Below are positions 1-10,616 of a DNA stretch of 64,000 nt, piece by piece. Position numbers and translations under genes: made by a program. Under the pieces are notes generated by a model. The model had not been told where the DNA came from and did not search any database. It saw nothing but the letters and a program-made list of their open reading frames with translations. The DNA comes from Candidatus Poribacteria bacterium (GTDB taxonomy: Bacteria; Poribacteria; WGA-4E; WGA-3G). The stretch lies in NCBI GenBank assembly GCA_963665235.2, contig CAXXLX010000001.1, positions 3,392,001-3,456,000 on the forward strand. The letters are read 5' to 3'. Numbering within the stretch: the first letter of the stretch is position 1; the number at the start of each line of letters is the position of its first letter.

Positions 1-192
1 TTGTAGGTCGCACGGCTTTTGAGGAAACCCACCCATCAATTCTATCAATTTGGCACGAAGTGTGTCCTGCCACCGTAGTGCCTCTGATAGCGTTGTCGCC
101 CGGAATTCCAGTTCGCGAGGTGTCCCTGCGTATAACAGATGCGAAAATTCTAACGTGTCTCGATATTGCTCCTGGTGCATCTTTTTCCCTCT

Positions 193-1461
193 TTACCGGT
201 TCAACAGATTTAAAACGAACCCGGTCGCCATTTTCGGATAAAAGTAGGTCGATTTCTGTGGCATCGTCAAACCTGCCATCGCCACCTCCAAAACTTGGTC
301 AACGGGGGTCGGATTCATAAGCACTGCGAGGCGGTCTGCCCCGCCTTTCACGTGTGCAACAGCATCATCCGTATAAGCCGTATAACTAATATGGTCAGCC
401 ACCGCTTCAATCTGAAAAAGTTCTTTAATGAGCGTGTTTTGAACGATTGTTACGTCTAACTTCTCATAAGCTGTCGCCGTTGTCGGCAGACGCGGTATCA
501 ATAAACGGCAGGTATTGTCCGCTGTATACATCCCGATTGCAGGCGATTTCCCTCTCAGTGTATCCAGCTTTTGCATCAGATGTGAGACCGTGTCGAATTC
601 CTGAACGTCGAACCGTTCTGGCAGTTCGGCAACAACGCGGTCAATCTGTTCCGCCTTAATATTACGGAGCAATCTATGGATAGCCAGAACTGCTAACCCC
701 GGTGATTCCATTCTAACGAGATTCATCATCATATAGTCGTAGCCTGTCGTGTGCTGAGCGTTAGCGTGCATCTCATCCTGGAAGGCGAGAGCCGTTTCGT
801 ATCGATGATGTCCATCAGCAATTAGGAGTGGTTTAGATGAGAACAACGTTTGAATTTCGCTATTGCGTGCGGTATCATTTAGACACCACAGGCTGTGTGT
901 GCTTCCGAAAATTTCGGGGGTCTGCATCAACGGTTTATGTGTGTTCGTGAAAGATTCCATCACCTGTTCAATGTCGCCTTCGGGGTCGGCATAGAGGAGA
1001 AAAATAGGGCTGAGGTTGGCGTGACACTCCCGCATCAGATTGAGCCGGTCCGCCTTCGGGCCCGCGTGTGTCTTCTCATGCGGCAATATAACGCGGTTTT
1101 CAAAGGGCTCCAATTTACCAAGGGCAATCAGGGCGCGACGTGTGTAACGTTTACCATCTGGGGCATCGAACGTCTGGTCGTAGATATAATAACAGGGAGT
1201 AGTATCCTGTATGAAGGTTTCGTCCGAAATCCACTGGTTCATCAGTGCCGCTGCGCGGGTATACTGATTTGTCGTGTCAGTATCGTCATCGCGTGGCTGG
1301 CTTAGAATTAAGTGGATAATGTTGGCGGGATGATGCATTTCCAGAGCGCGCCGCTCTTCCGGTTTAATAACGTCGTAAGGCGGCGCAATAACATCCGCAA
1401 TATCATCTATCTGCTCCAAATTGTAACGTAGACCACAAAACGGTATAACTGTCGTTTCCAT
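193..1461 (-). CDS. DUF1015 family protein
   Basis: 422-aa ORF with APPYDVI, PHEKT, LLIADGHHRYETA and C-terminal PQKSTYFYPK motifs typical of DUF1015. Confidence 0.85.
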   Translation of the reverse strand: METTVIPFCGLRYNLEQIDDIADVIAPPYDVIKPEERRALEMHHPANIIHLILSQPRDDDTDTTNQYTRAAALMNQWISDETFIQDTTPCYYIYDQTFDAPDGKRYTRRALIALGKLEPFENRVILPHEKTHAGPKADRLNLMRECHANLSPIFLLYADPEGDIEQVMESFTNTHKPLMQTPEIFGSTHSLWCLNDTARNSEIQTLFSSKPLLIADGHHRYETALAFQDEMHANAQHTTGYDYMMMNLVRMESPGLAVLAIHRLLRNIKAEQIDRVVAELPERFDVQEFDTVSHLMQKLDTLRGKSPAIGMYTADNTCRLLIPRLPTTATAYEKLDVTIVQNTLIKELFQIEAVADHISYTAYTDDAVAHVKGGADRLAVLMNPTPVDQVLEVAMAGLTMPQKSTYFYPKMATGFVLNLLNR

Positions 1462-1488
1462 AAAACTCCTTAATTTCGGGGGTGATAC

Positions 1489-2427
1489 CTATAAAACGTC
1501 CCACAATCTTGTGCTAAAATAACGTTCCCCTAGGTCGTTAAACACCGTGACGATAACCCCTTCTTGAATCTGTTGGGCGACTTTGTATGCCCCGTAAAGA
1601 TAGCCACCGGAGGATTGGCCCACAAACCATCCGCGTTGCGCGAGCCTGCTGCACATGTCATGCGCGTCTTCAATAGTAGCCGGAATTCGGCAATCAATTA
1701 CGGTTTGGTCCAGAATTTCTGGGACAATTTCATCCGGATGATAGCCAAGCGGTTTTAGTCCCTCAATTCCTGGGAACTCCTCCGGTGCGATAGAGCAGAC
1801 CTGAATATCCGGGTTGTAGTCTTTGAGCCGCCGGCCGACCCCGGTAATAGTCCCGCCTGTTCCGACTCCTGCAACGAAGTGTGTAACCTTTCCAGCGGTT
1901 TGTTTCCAGATTTCCACCCCGGTGGTATCGTAATGTGCACGCCAATTGTTTTCATTTTCGTATTGCGATTTGAAAAAATAGTTATCCGGTTGTGCTTTGT
2001 ATCGCCGTTCAACCTCTCGCAACGCCTCATCGTAACCGAGGAGGGCATCGGTATAGATAACCTGCGCCCCGTGTGACTGGATTCGCAGTTTTCGCTCTTC
2101 ACTGGCGTTATTTGGAATGACAAGTTCAACCTGATAACCGAGTGCTGCGCCAATCATCGCGTAGGCGATGCCCGCGTTGCCCGAACTTGAATCTAAGATA
2201 ACCTTTTCCCGTGTGAGCTCCCCCGATGCGATTGCTTCAGTTAGCATTCGTAAAATCGGTCTGTCTTTGATGGAGCCACCGGGATTATAGGTTTCCACTT
2301 TCGCATAGAGCTCAACCTTCGGTAGCTCGTCAGCAAAGAGGTCAATTTTGGCAAGCGGTGTGTTTCCAATCAGTTGAAGCAGTGGATATTCTGAAAGATT
2401 CACCGTTTCAATCGTTTGATTGCTCAT
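1489..2427 (-). CDS. PLP-dependent cysteine synthase (CysK/CysM family)
   Basis: IGNTPL, NPGGSIKDR (PLP lysine), SSGNAG, GVGTGGT motifs. Confidence 0.9.
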   Translation of the reverse strand: MSNQTIETVNLSEYPLLQLIGNTPLAKIDLFADELPKVELYAKVETYNPGGSIKDRPILRMLTEAIASGELTREKVILDSSSGNAGIAYAMIGAALGYQVELVIPNNASEERKLRIQSHGAQVIYTDALLGYDEALREVERRYKAQPDNYFFKSQYENENNWRAHYDTTGVEIWKQTAGKVTHFVAGVGTGGTITGVGRRLKDYNPDIQVCSIAPEEFPGIEGLKPLGYHPDEIVPEILDQTVIDCRIPATIEDAHDMCSRLAQRGWFVGQSSGGYLYGAYKVAQQIQEGVIVTVFNDLGERYFSTRLWDVL

Positions 2428-2459
2428 GTAGCGTTATTTCCCCTACCTTTTCTATGATT

Positions 2460-3065
2460 TTATTTGAGCCGCTTCTGGAGCAACTGTTCCATGTAAGCTT
2501 TCGCTGCGTTTCCCGTTAGGTCCCCCTTAAGAATAGGCGCGACCTCAAATTCAGAGAGTCTGAGCGTTGGGTTCAGCCCGTGTCGGGGGGGCAACCAATC
2601 CCGAAATGTATCAAAAAAAGCGCGTTGCGCCGCACGGCCATTCACATAAGGAAAATCTGCCGTGCGGCGACGAAAACGAGCTGGCCCCTTTGCGAGTGCT
2701 GCAACGTGGTACTGTTGGCAAAACCTTTGATATTTCTCCACGGAATACGCAAGCGGTGTCCCTTCCGGATAAAACGCAAAGGTCCGCTCCCGAAATCGTG
2801 TGAAGTGCTGCAATTCATCAAACTCAAAGATGAAGTGATACGGTTCCGGAAAATAGGCATCGGGGGTTAGGTAACCATCCGCTTTCGCTGTTGTCCCCGC
2901 CCAATCCCCTTTGAGCTCCGCGTAGAGTGCCATCAGCACATCGTACGAGTCCCCAAAATGTTCTGGATACGGTTTGTTCCGTAACCACTCAAATTGGGCG
3001 CGCCGCGCGGCGGGGGTTGCCAAAACCTCTTCTACCAATGCGATAATACCAACTTCTAGCCGCAT
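2460..3065 (-). CDS. hypothetical protein, possible restriction-endonuclease-like fold
   Basis: 201-aa ORF; PDAYF...FEFDELQHF resembles PD-(D/E)XK/Vsr-like catalytic spacing. Confidence 0.5.
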   Translation of the reverse strand: MRLEVGIIALVEEVLATPAARRAQFEWLRNKPYPEHFGDSYDVLMALYAELKGDWAGTTAKADGYLTPDAYFPEPYHFIFEFDELQHFTRFRERTFAFYPEGTPLAYSVEKYQRFCQQYHVAALAKGPARFRRRTADFPYVNGRAAQRAFFDTFRDWLPPRHGLNPTLRLSEFEVAPILKGDLTGNAAKAYMEQLLQKRLK

Positions 3066-3088
3066 AGGGCAAACGAACCGATGCTGCT

Positions 3089-3895
3089 TTACACAAGCTC
3101 GGTGTCCAATTCCTTCAACGGATTGTTTTCTAACGCAGCTGTTAAGCTCGCCAGATAGTCACGGTCCCGCTGGAGTGCTTCCAGTTTATTGTCCCCGTGT
3201 ACAAATTCTACCTCAAGATAACCATCGTAACCCGCACTGTTCAGGATTTCAGCAATTCGGCTGTAGTCAACGATACCGTCGGCTATCGCGCATGCCTTTC
3301 CGTTTTCGTCAAAATTTTGCGCGTGGACATTCACAACGTGAGATGCCAGCTCCTGTGCAGCGGTATGTGGTTCATCAGCATCTACCCGGGCAAGCGGCTG
3401 ATAATAAGTTTTCAGAGACGACATGTTGATATTTTCGATGATTTCTAAAGTACTCTCAACCGTGTCTGTTAGATGATGATTGTGCATTTCCATGCCCAAT
3501 CTCATATTACGGAAGTTCGCCCACTGTGCCATACTGACCAATCGAAAAAGAATAAGCCGTTTATCTGCCGGTGAAATCGATTTTGAGGGACCGCCCGCCG
3601 GCCAAATTCTAATCAAATCGGTTCCGAGCGCGTGTGCGATTTTAAACGCCTCTTCAAGATGTTTTTGGTGGAGGTGCAGCAGTGGGTCAACGTAAGAACC
3701 GAACGCTGAAATCTCTAACCCTTTCTGCTCTGCCATCTCCTTAATCGCTTTGATGTGTGCTTCTTCATACTCCGCGGGTATGTGCGGCGGTTTTCCCCAA
3801 ACTTCAATCCCATCAAAGCCGTAATCTGCAGCAATATCTATAACCTCTTCCAAAGGTTTTTCCTGAAAAGCGATTGTGCACAAACCTAATTTCAT
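3089..3895 (-). CDS. sugar phosphate isomerase/epimerase (AP2Ec TIM barrel)
   Basis: GFDGIEVW, EMH, VNVHAQN, GYDGYLEVEF; start moved to ATG at 3895, preceded by a GAGG SD. Confidence 0.85.
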   Translation of the reverse strand: MKLGLCTIAFQEKPLEEVIDIAADYGFDGIEVWGKPPHIPAEYEEAHIKAIKEMAEQKGLEISAFGSYVDPLLHLHQKHLEEAFKIAHALGTDLIRIWPAGGPSKSISPADKRLILFRLVSMAQWANFRNMRLGMEMHNHHLTDTVESTLEIIENINMSSLKTYYQPLARVDADEPHTAAQELASHVVNVHAQNFDENGKACAIADGIVDYSRIAEILNSAGYDGYLEVEFVHGDNKLEALQRDRDYLASLTAALENNPLKELDTELV

Positions 3896-4021
3896 TTTTT
3901 TATTCCTCAATTGTATATTACTATATGAATATGATACCACAATTCCAAACAGATTGCAAGGAAAGTTTACTATTTTTCTATTCGCCGGATATTTTTTCAC
4001 TTTTTATTTGTGCAAAAAGCC

Positions 4022-4050
4022 TTGAAAATTGTTGTTTGGCATGGTATACT
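4022..4050 (+). promoter_or_regulatory. sigma70-type promoter upstream of DNA methyltransferase
   Basis: TTGAAA-17bp-TATACT with TG extension. Confidence 0.55.
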
Positions 4051-4149
4051 TTACAATATCCGCTAGGAGACATGTTTTGAGGCAGAAACGTGGGAATTTT
4101 ATAGAATGGAGGTTTGAAATGCACACACTCTCATCGACAATAGGTCATC

Positions 4150-4983
4150 ATGCATAAATTAGTCAAAAGTCCTTTACGGTATCCAGGCGGTAAATCTAGG
4201 GCCCTGAAACAGATTCTCCCACTTGTCCCAGCAAACATATCGGAGTTTCGCGAACCTTTCGTTGGTGGTGGTTCTGTCTTTTTTGCAATCCAGAGCATCT
4301 TTCAAAATCGTATCAAATCCTATTGGATTAATGACCTCAATTACGAGCTGTACTGTTTCTATAAACAGACACGAGATAATGTCGTTGACCTGGTTGCAGC
4401 GTTAGCAAATACAAAAGCGGACTGTAATGATGGCAGAGCACTGTTTGAGGAATTAGCGGCTGCGAGGGATTTGCTAAGCCAAGATAACACCCTGCTTTCC
4501 GAATTTGAACGTGCTGTTCGGTTTTTTGTCCTCAACCGAATTACTTTTTCAGGGATTGTCGACTCAGGTGGTTATTCACAATCCGCATACCAGAAACGTT
4601 TCACAGATTCGTCTATTGAGCGTGTAAAATTGATTTCACCGTCCCTCTCGGGGGTCAAAATCACATGTGAGGATTACGCCGATGTCCTTCTCCAGGATGG
4701 GGAAGATGTTTTTATCTTTCTCGACCCACCCTATTGGAAAGCGACAGAATCAAAGCTGTATGGGAATAGAGGCACGTTGCACACCTCGTTTGACCATGCA
4801 CGCTTCGCGGAAAATATGAAAAAATGTCCGCACAAATGGCTTATTACTTATGACGATTCCCCTATAATTCGGGAATTCTTCGATTTTGCTGAGATTCAGG
4901 AATGGACGCTGCAATACGGAATGAACAATTATCGGAAAACTACCGCCGCAAAAGGAAATGAATTGTTTATCAAAAATTATTGA
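4150..4983 (+). CDS. DNA adenine methyltransferase, Dam/D12 class (orphan)
   Basis: PLRYPGGKS, EPFVGGGSV (SAM binding), NDLN, FLDPPY (catalytic). Confidence 0.92.
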   Translation: MHKLVKSPLRYPGGKSRALKQILPLVPANISEFREPFVGGGSVFFAIQSIFQNRIKSYWINDLNYELYCFYKQTRDNVVDLVAALANTKADCNDGRALFEELAAARDLLSQDNTLLSEFERAVRFFVLNRITFSGIVDSGGYSQSAYQKRFTDSSIERVKLISPSLSGVKITCEDYADVLLQDGEDVFIFLDPPYWKATESKLYGNRGTLHTSFDHARFAENMKKCPHKWLITYDDSPIIREFFDFAEIQEWTLQYGMNNYRKTTAAKGNELFIKNY

Positions 4984-4990
4984 CAGAGAA

Positions 4991-5019
4991 TTGACATAGC
5001 CTATCATATTTGCTATAAT
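4991..5019 (+). promoter_or_regulatory. consensus sigma70 promoter of modABC
   Basis: TTGACA-17bp-TATAAT with TG extension. Confidence 0.75.
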
Positions 5020-5056
5020 TTTTTAAGTGCGAAACGATAATTAAGGGCGAACAATT

Positions 5057-5872
5057 ATGCACCAACGTGTTAAATTTTACAACGCACTTATCTTGCTGCT
5101 GATGCTCATAGGACTTTTGGGGTGCAGCAATAGACAAAAACAGCCCGAATTAACCGTATTCAGTGCGATGAGTTTAACTGATGTCCTTACAGAAATTGGT
5201 GAACAGTTTACTGCAAAGCACGGGGTTCAGGTTTACTGTAATTTTGCGGCTTCCTCAACGCTACAACGTCAACTTGAAAAAGGGGCATCGGCAGATGTTT
5301 TTATTTCAGCAAGCCCTAAACAGGTTATCGCGCTTGAGGCTCGCGGAATGCTTGAAGCTGGCAGCCGCTACGATGTCCTAGCAAATCGGTTGGTAATTGT
5401 TTCCTACAAAACCGCTGCTTTCCCCGTGGAAACCGTTGATACTCTTACCGGTCCAGCTATCTCACGAATTGCTGTTGGACAACCGATGGTGGTACCCGCG
5501 GGCACCTACGCGAAGGAGGCTTTGACACACTTCGGGGTATGGGAGAAAATATACCCAAAGCTCGTCTTCGGGACAGATGTTCGCGCAACGCTCGCCTATG
5601 TCGCCGCTGGAAATGCTGACATTGCAATTGTCTATCAAACTGATATCACGCTGAGCGAAAGTGTCAAAGTGCTTTATCAATTTCCAGCTGAAACACATAC
5701 ACCGATTATCTACCCTGCTGTTATCTTGAAAGATAGCCAGCGAAAGGAGACAGCACAACAGTTTGTTGCGTATTTGAAAACAGCCCGTGCTACCGAAATT
5801 TTTGAAAAGCACGGATTTAACTGTTTATCACCTGCTTCAGCACAGCGGGGTGTGTCTACCACATTGCAATGA
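5057..5872 (+). CDS. modA: molybdate ABC transporter substrate-binding lipoprotein
   Basis: lipobox LLGC; SAMSL, AASSTL, ADVFISA, VPAGTYA, DVRATL; first gene of the mod operon. Confidence 0.93.
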   Translation: MHQRVKFYNALILLLMLIGLLGCSNRQKQPELTVFSAMSLTDVLTEIGEQFTAKHGVQVYCNFAASSTLQRQLEKGASADVFISASPKQVIALEARGMLEAGSRYDVLANRLVIVSYKTAAFPVETVDTLTGPAISRIAVGQPMVVPAGTYAKEALTHFGVWEKIYPKLVFGTDVRATLAYVAAGNADIAIVYQTDITLSESVKVLYQFPAETHTPIIYPAVILKDSQRKETAQQFVAYLKTARATEIFEKHGFNCLSPASAQRGVSTTLQ

Positions 5873-6534
5873 GGATAACGCCAACCGAGATTACTGCTCT
5901 TACCTTATCTATTAAAGTTGCATTGCTGAGCCTTGTTGTGATGTTTCCGCCCGGTCTTCTCGTCGGGTGGCTTCTTGCAAAACGCGAATTTCCCGGAAAA
6001 GTCATCCTCAATACACTCGTCATGTTACCGTTAGTGCTGCCGCCTGTTGTAAGCGGCTATCTGCTCCTTATGCTATTGAGCAAGCACGGACCGCTCGGTG
6101 GATTTCTCAAGCAGGTTTTCGGTATAGAGCTCGTTTTCTCTCCATTTGCTGTTGTAATTGCCATCTCAATCATCTCGTTTCCGCTTTTAGTACGAGGTAT
6201 CATGACAGGCATAGCGTCTGTGCCATCAGAACTTGAAAACGCAGCGCGGACGCTCGGGGCATCGCCAATTAAGGTCTTTTTTACCGTCACACTCCCCTTG
6301 GCGTACCGAGGTATCATAGGCGGCATCATACTCGGTTTCTCCAAAAGCCTTGGCGAGTTCGGGGCAACTATCATGGTAGCAGGAAATATCCCCGGTAAAA
6401 CCCAAACAGTGGCATTAGCAATTTTTAGTGCTGTACAGCTGGGGGAAGATGCGTCCGTTTATCGGTTGGTGTTCATTTCAACCGTTGTCGCGTTTATTGC
6501 AATCTGGCTAACGGAACGTTTCACCCTTAGGTAG
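5869..6534 (+). CDS. modB: molybdate ABC transporter permease
   Basis: LPLVLPPVVSG, EAA-like loop ENAARTLGA, SLGEFGAT. Confidence 0.93.
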   Translation: MRITPTEITALTLSIKVALLSLVVMFPPGLLVGWLLAKREFPGKVILNTLVMLPLVLPPVVSGYLLLMLLSKHGPLGGFLKQVFGIELVFSPFAVVIAISIISFPLLVRGIMTGIASVPSELENAARTLGASPIKVFFTVTLPLAYRGIIGGIILGFSKSLGEFGATIMVAGNIPGKTQTVALAIFSAVQLGEDASVYRLVFISTVVAFIAIWLTERFTLR

Positions 6535-6552
6535 GTAGGATAAATTCTCTAT

Positions 6553-7647
6553 ATGAAACACAACACCGAAATCACACTCCATTTTTCTAAACGTCTCGGT
6601 AATTTTACGCTAACCGTTGATTGCAGCTTACAACAGAAAGTTACAGCTTTCTTAGGCGCGTCAGGCAGTGGGAAGAGTACGCTGCTCAACTGCATTAGCG
6701 GCATACTGTGTCCTGACAAAGGGCAGCTCAGCTTCGGAGACGAAGTGCTTTACGCCTCCGATTTAGGCATCAACGTACCGCCTGAAAAACGGCGTTTCGG
6801 ATATGTTTTTCAAGAGGGGTATCTCTTTCCGCACTTAACAGTTGCACAAAATATTCGTTATGGACAACCGCGGCATAGACGTAAAAATCCGGAGTACATT
6901 TCCAGGGTGCTTGAAATTCTTGAGATTTCGGCACTACTCCAACGATATCCGCGTCAACTTTCGGGGGGACAACGTCAACGGGTCGCTATTGCCCGGGCAC
7001 TTGCCATGGAGCCGCGTCTACTTCTCATGGATGAACCGCTTGCTTCGCTTGACAGCGGTCTAAAAAACCGGATTATCCCATACCTCCATCATATCAAAAA
7101 CGCCTTTGAGATATCCATTCTTTATGTCACCCATGCCATATCCGAGGCGATGGCACTCGCTGATGAAGCGTTTCTCCTTTCCGATGGAAAAATCACCGCA
7201 AGTGGTGAACCGTATCAACTCCTATCCGCGCCCGCCGCAATGCCAATTGCAAATATGATAGGCGTAGAAAATATCTTGTCGCTCCTCGTCGCTGGCTCAG
7301 ATAAACGGAGCGGCGTAACCGAATTAGAGATTGGAGCACAACGTCTTGTTATCCCTTTCATCGAAGCGGACGTAGGCAAAACAGTCCCCATCGCTATTCG
7401 GGCAGAAGATATTATCATTTCGCTTGAACCGCAGCTCCCCATTAGTGCCCGGAACATTTTAAAAGGAACGATCGCCCAAGTTGACATTATCGGCGATAAA
7501 ACATTGCTAGCCATTGCTGTTGAGGGACATCGACTCTCCGTAAAAATCACCCATAGTGCTCGGGAACACCTCCAACTGTGTGAAAAAAAAGAGGTCTATT
7601 GTGTCATCAAGGCAAACGCCATCAATCTACTTTGGCATGAGTCTTGA
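6553..7647 (+). CDS. modC: molybdate ABC transporter ATP-binding protein
   Basis: Walker A GASGSGKS, LSGGQ, Walker B LLMDEP, C-terminal TOBE-like SARN region. Confidence 0.93.
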   Translation: MKHNTEITLHFSKRLGNFTLTVDCSLQQKVTAFLGASGSGKSTLLNCISGILCPDKGQLSFGDEVLYASDLGINVPPEKRRFGYVFQEGYLFPHLTVAQNIRYGQPRHRRKNPEYISRVLEILEISALLQRYPRQLSGGQRQRVAIARALAMEPRLLLMDEPLASLDSGLKNRIIPYLHHIKNAFEISILYVTHAISEAMALADEAFLLSDGKITASGEPYQLLSAPAAMPIANMIGVENILSLLVAGSDKRSGVTELEIGAQRLVIPFIEADVGKTVPIAIRAEDIIISLEPQLPISARNILKGTIAQVDIIGDKTLLAIAVEGHRLSVKITHSAREHLQLCEKKEVYCVIKANAINLLWHES

Positions 7648-8278
7648 GGTCTTTCCAAAGCTCATCCACCTTTTCCTTCAGCTCCGCAAACGTTCCCTCA
7701 TTCTCTATTACGAAATCAGCGTACTTAATCTTTTCTATCAACGGCATCTGTGCATCAATACGCGCCTGTACTTCAGCTTCGGTTAGGGGACGATTCTGCA
7801 TTCGGCTCCGTTCCAATGTCCGTTCCAATTGGGTCTCCGGTGAGGCAACCACGACAACGATTACATCAACGGTATCGTAGGCACCCGCCTCTATGAGAAG
7901 GGGTGCGTCAAGCAGGACAACGCACGTCGGAGCTTCCAGGACAAGTTGGCGTGCCCGTGCCCGGGAGCGTTGAATAATTAACGGATGTAGGATAGCATTC
8001 AATTGCGCGAGGGCAGCTTTATCCTTAAAAACGATGCCCCCTAATTTTTCTCGACTCACATCCCCCGTAGATTCTTCAATGATATTCTGTCCAAATGTGT
8101 CAACGAGTTCATCAATAGCTGGGCTGCCCACCTTAAGGAGTTGATGTCCGATTTCATCGGCGTTAATCGGAATCGCACCTTTTTCCGATAGGAGTTCAGA
8201 GACGGTTGTTTTCCCGCATGCCATGCCCCCCGTTATTCCGACAATAGTGCCCCGGTCGGGCTGTTTTTCGGTTTCCAT
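7622..8278 (-). CDS. coaE: dephospho-CoA kinase
   Basis: GITGGMACGKTT, NADEIGH, LNAILHP, DAPLLIE; probable start 8278. Confidence 0.92.
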   Translation of the reverse strand: METEKQPDRGTIVGITGGMACGKTTVSELLSEKGAIPINADEIGHQLLKVGSPAIDELVDTFGQNIIEESTGDVSREKLGGIVFKDKAALAQLNAILHPLIIQRSRARARQLVLEAPTCVVLLDAPLLIEAGAYDTVDVIVVVVASPETQLERTLERSRMQNRPLTEAEVQARIDAQMPLIEKIKYADFVIENEGTFAELKEKVDELWKDLKTHAKVD

Positions 8279-8300
8279 CCTATTTATCCTCGGGAAGGTT

Positions 8301-9455
8301 TTAGCCTGCAATCCGCTTCGATTCTAAATTCAACCATTCGCCATAGCCGCGCGGCATATTTGGCGGCGGTTGCAATCCCGATTCTTCGCGCCATCTTAGC
8401 AACGGATGCGTCCGGTCAACCTGTGGAAGTTCCACGCGTGTTCCGTACGCTGCGGACTCAAAGATGCCCATCATCATCTCAATGACATGCCTCCCCGCAT
8501 TTCCACTGCACACATGTGCTCTTCCCTCATCTAAGGCGTTGACATAATCCTCGACGAACCAATAATCTGCTTCGGCCGCGCCACTTTTCGGTTCATAAGA
8601 GTCGGGGTAGAGAAGCGATAACGTTTCCCAGGTGTCGTGCTTCCCGTCGGGGAGATAGTGGGGTGTTGGCAAATGCCATGCCCCCCCGATTTTCCATAAC
8701 AACCGGCCCTCGGTACCATAAAGCTCCATGGAATACGCACCCGTATCCATTTTCGGAAAACGGTGTTGAAGCAGCGTCCCAGTGACGTTCCCCTCATATT
8801 GTAACGTCGCAGTGATATATTCGCCGGCGATAGTTCCCATGCCGCTCGGGGAGGGGGCCACATCCTCCGGGGTAATCGGTTTTCCACCGGTTGTCAGGTG
8901 TGCTACGACACTTCGACATACTTTTCCAAAGTGCAACATGTTGTTGAGCATGTGTGTACCGATGTTCATCAAACCGTAACCCCCGTAATACCCTTTCCCA
9001 CTGCCGTACATATACCGCAATTCACCGATTTTTCCGGCATTGAAAGCACGCGCAATCGCTTGCATAGACGCACCAACCCTCCCCTGATGATGCACAGCCA
9101 CCTGCACACCCTTCTCTTCCGCTTTCGCGATAACAGCGTCCGCCTGCACCAAATCTACACACATCGGTTTTTCCACCTCAATGTGAACCCCGTGTTCTAA
9201 CACACGCATACATAAGTCGTAGTGCAGCTCGGTGGCAGTAGGAATTGCGACGATGTCCGGGGCGGTCTTCTGAATCATTTCATCTAAATCAGCAAAACGC
9301 GCTGTGACGTTGAGCGCGTCGCCTAAACTATCGCGACGTTCCGCAATTAGGTCACACAACGCGACAATTTCGGTGCGGGGATGGGCGTGATATGCCCGCG
9401 CTGCGGCTGCCCCGCGACCTCTACATCCCAAAATTGCTACTCGATAGGTTTTCAC
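8301..9455 (-). CDS. Gfo/Idh/MocA family oxidoreductase
   Basis: N-terminal Rossmann AILGC, EKPM, IGTH motifs. Confidence 0.88.
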   Translation of the reverse strand: MKTYRVAILGCRGRGAAAARAYHAHPRTEIVALCDLIAERRDSLGDALNVTARFADLDEMIQKTAPDIVAIPTATELHYDLCMRVLEHGVHIEVEKPMCVDLVQADAVIAKAEEKGVQVAVHHQGRVGASMQAIARAFNAGKIGELRYMYGSGKGYYGGYGLMNIGTHMLNNMLHFGKVCRSVVAHLTTGGKPITPEDVAPSPSGMGTIAGEYITATLQYEGNVTGTLLQHRFPKMDTGAYSMELYGTEGRLLWKIGGAWHLPTPHYLPDGKHDTWETLSLLYPDSYEPKSGAAEADYWFVEDYVNALDEGRAHVCSGNAGRHVIEMMMGIFESAAYGTRVELPQVDRTHPLLRWREESGLQPPPNMPRGYGEWLNLESKRIAG

Positions 9456-10345
9456 TATTTCCTCCTTGATAGATATTCCGATAGTGCGTAATCAAACGGT
9501 GTAGCGGTGTCCATCTGGACATAATCAATTTGACTTGCCCCACACCCGCGCCGGTAGTTCTGAATAAATTGGTTCAGATTTTCAAGGTATGCGGTTTTAA
9601 GAGAATCCGCTTGCGTTGAGAGTGTCTGTCCCGTTTCCATATCCCGAAAAATAACGGACCCCTCGTAAGGAAAGGTGAGCTCGGCAGAATCAAGCAGATG
9701 AAAGACGATAACCTCATGTTTCTGGTGCCGAAGATGTTTCAGGGCAGAGATTACCTGAGTAGGTTCATCCAGCAAATCGGAGATAACGATAACGAGCCCA
9801 CGTCTTACAATCCGCTTCGCGAGTTCGTGGAACAAACCACTCAGCTGGGTCTCCTTACCCGGGGTAGCGTTTTCTAAGGCAGACACAATTGCCCGTAGAT
9901 GTGTTGCGGCACCCCTCGGTGGAATGTATTGTGTAATATCGGTATCAAAGAGTGCCAAACCGACAGAATCCCGTTGCTTCAGCATAAGGTAGGTCAGCGT
10001 TGCCGCAAGATAACAACCGTATTCGAACTTCGTCAACGTTTCCTCTGTGTATTTATAGTTCATAGACGCGCTCGTATCAAGCAGGATATATGCGCGTAGG
10101 TTTGTGTCTTCCTCAAACTTCTTGACATAATACCGGTCAGATTTTCCGTAGACCTTCCAATCGATATATCGGATTTCATCGCCGGGCATATATTGCCGAT
10201 GCTCCGCGAATTCCACGCTAAATCCTTGATACGGACTTTTGTGCAACCCGGTGACAAACCCCTCAACGACGAGCCGCGCCACAAGTTCCATGCCCCCAAT
10301 ACGAGAGAGGGCAACCGGGTCCAGATATTTGTGTGATGTTTGCAT
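9455..10345 (-). CDS. DUF58 (vWA-like) protein
   Basis: GLHKSP, EFAEHRQY, IDWK, LDTSASM (MIDAS-like), ISDL. Confidence 0.9.
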   Translation of the reverse strand: MQTSHKYLDPVALSRIGGMELVARLVVEGFVTGLHKSPYQGFSVEFAEHRQYMPGDEIRYIDWKVYGKSDRYYVKKFEEDTNLRAYILLDTSASMNYKYTEETLTKFEYGCYLAATLTYLMLKQRDSVGLALFDTDITQYIPPRGAATHLRAIVSALENATPGKETQLSGLFHELAKRIVRRGLVIVISDLLDEPTQVISALKHLRHQKHEVIVFHLLDSAELTFPYEGSVIFRDMETGQTLSTQADSLKTAYLENLNQFIQNYRRGCGASQIDYVQMDTATPFDYALSEYLSRRK

Positions 10346-10616
10346 GGTGTTTATTCCTAGCTATACACTCCTGTTCGTGAGGTTTCAAATTCTGCCTATA
10401 GTTTAATTTTACCATAAAAACAGAGTTTGCAGTGAAAAAAAGATTTTTGCCTCTATAGGACAGTTGCACAAAACGCCAACTTCTGTTAAAATTGTATCCA
10501 GATTGTTGGACATCAGGGTTAGAAACCGGCCCCATAAGAGTGTTCGGAAAATGGAAGAGACTTGACGAACAAAATCAGCTTGTCAGCCGCTCGACTGGAC
10601 CAAATTTTAAAAAACT

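Noticed and set aside
2460-4983. Complete type II restriction-modification system (2460 ORF plus methyltransferase)
   Set aside because: The genes are on opposite strands, separated by a sugar isomerase, and the nuclease call is weak
5020-5056. Moco riboswitch or ModE box before modA
   Set aside because: The leader is only about 30 nt and no ModE-type palindrome is visible
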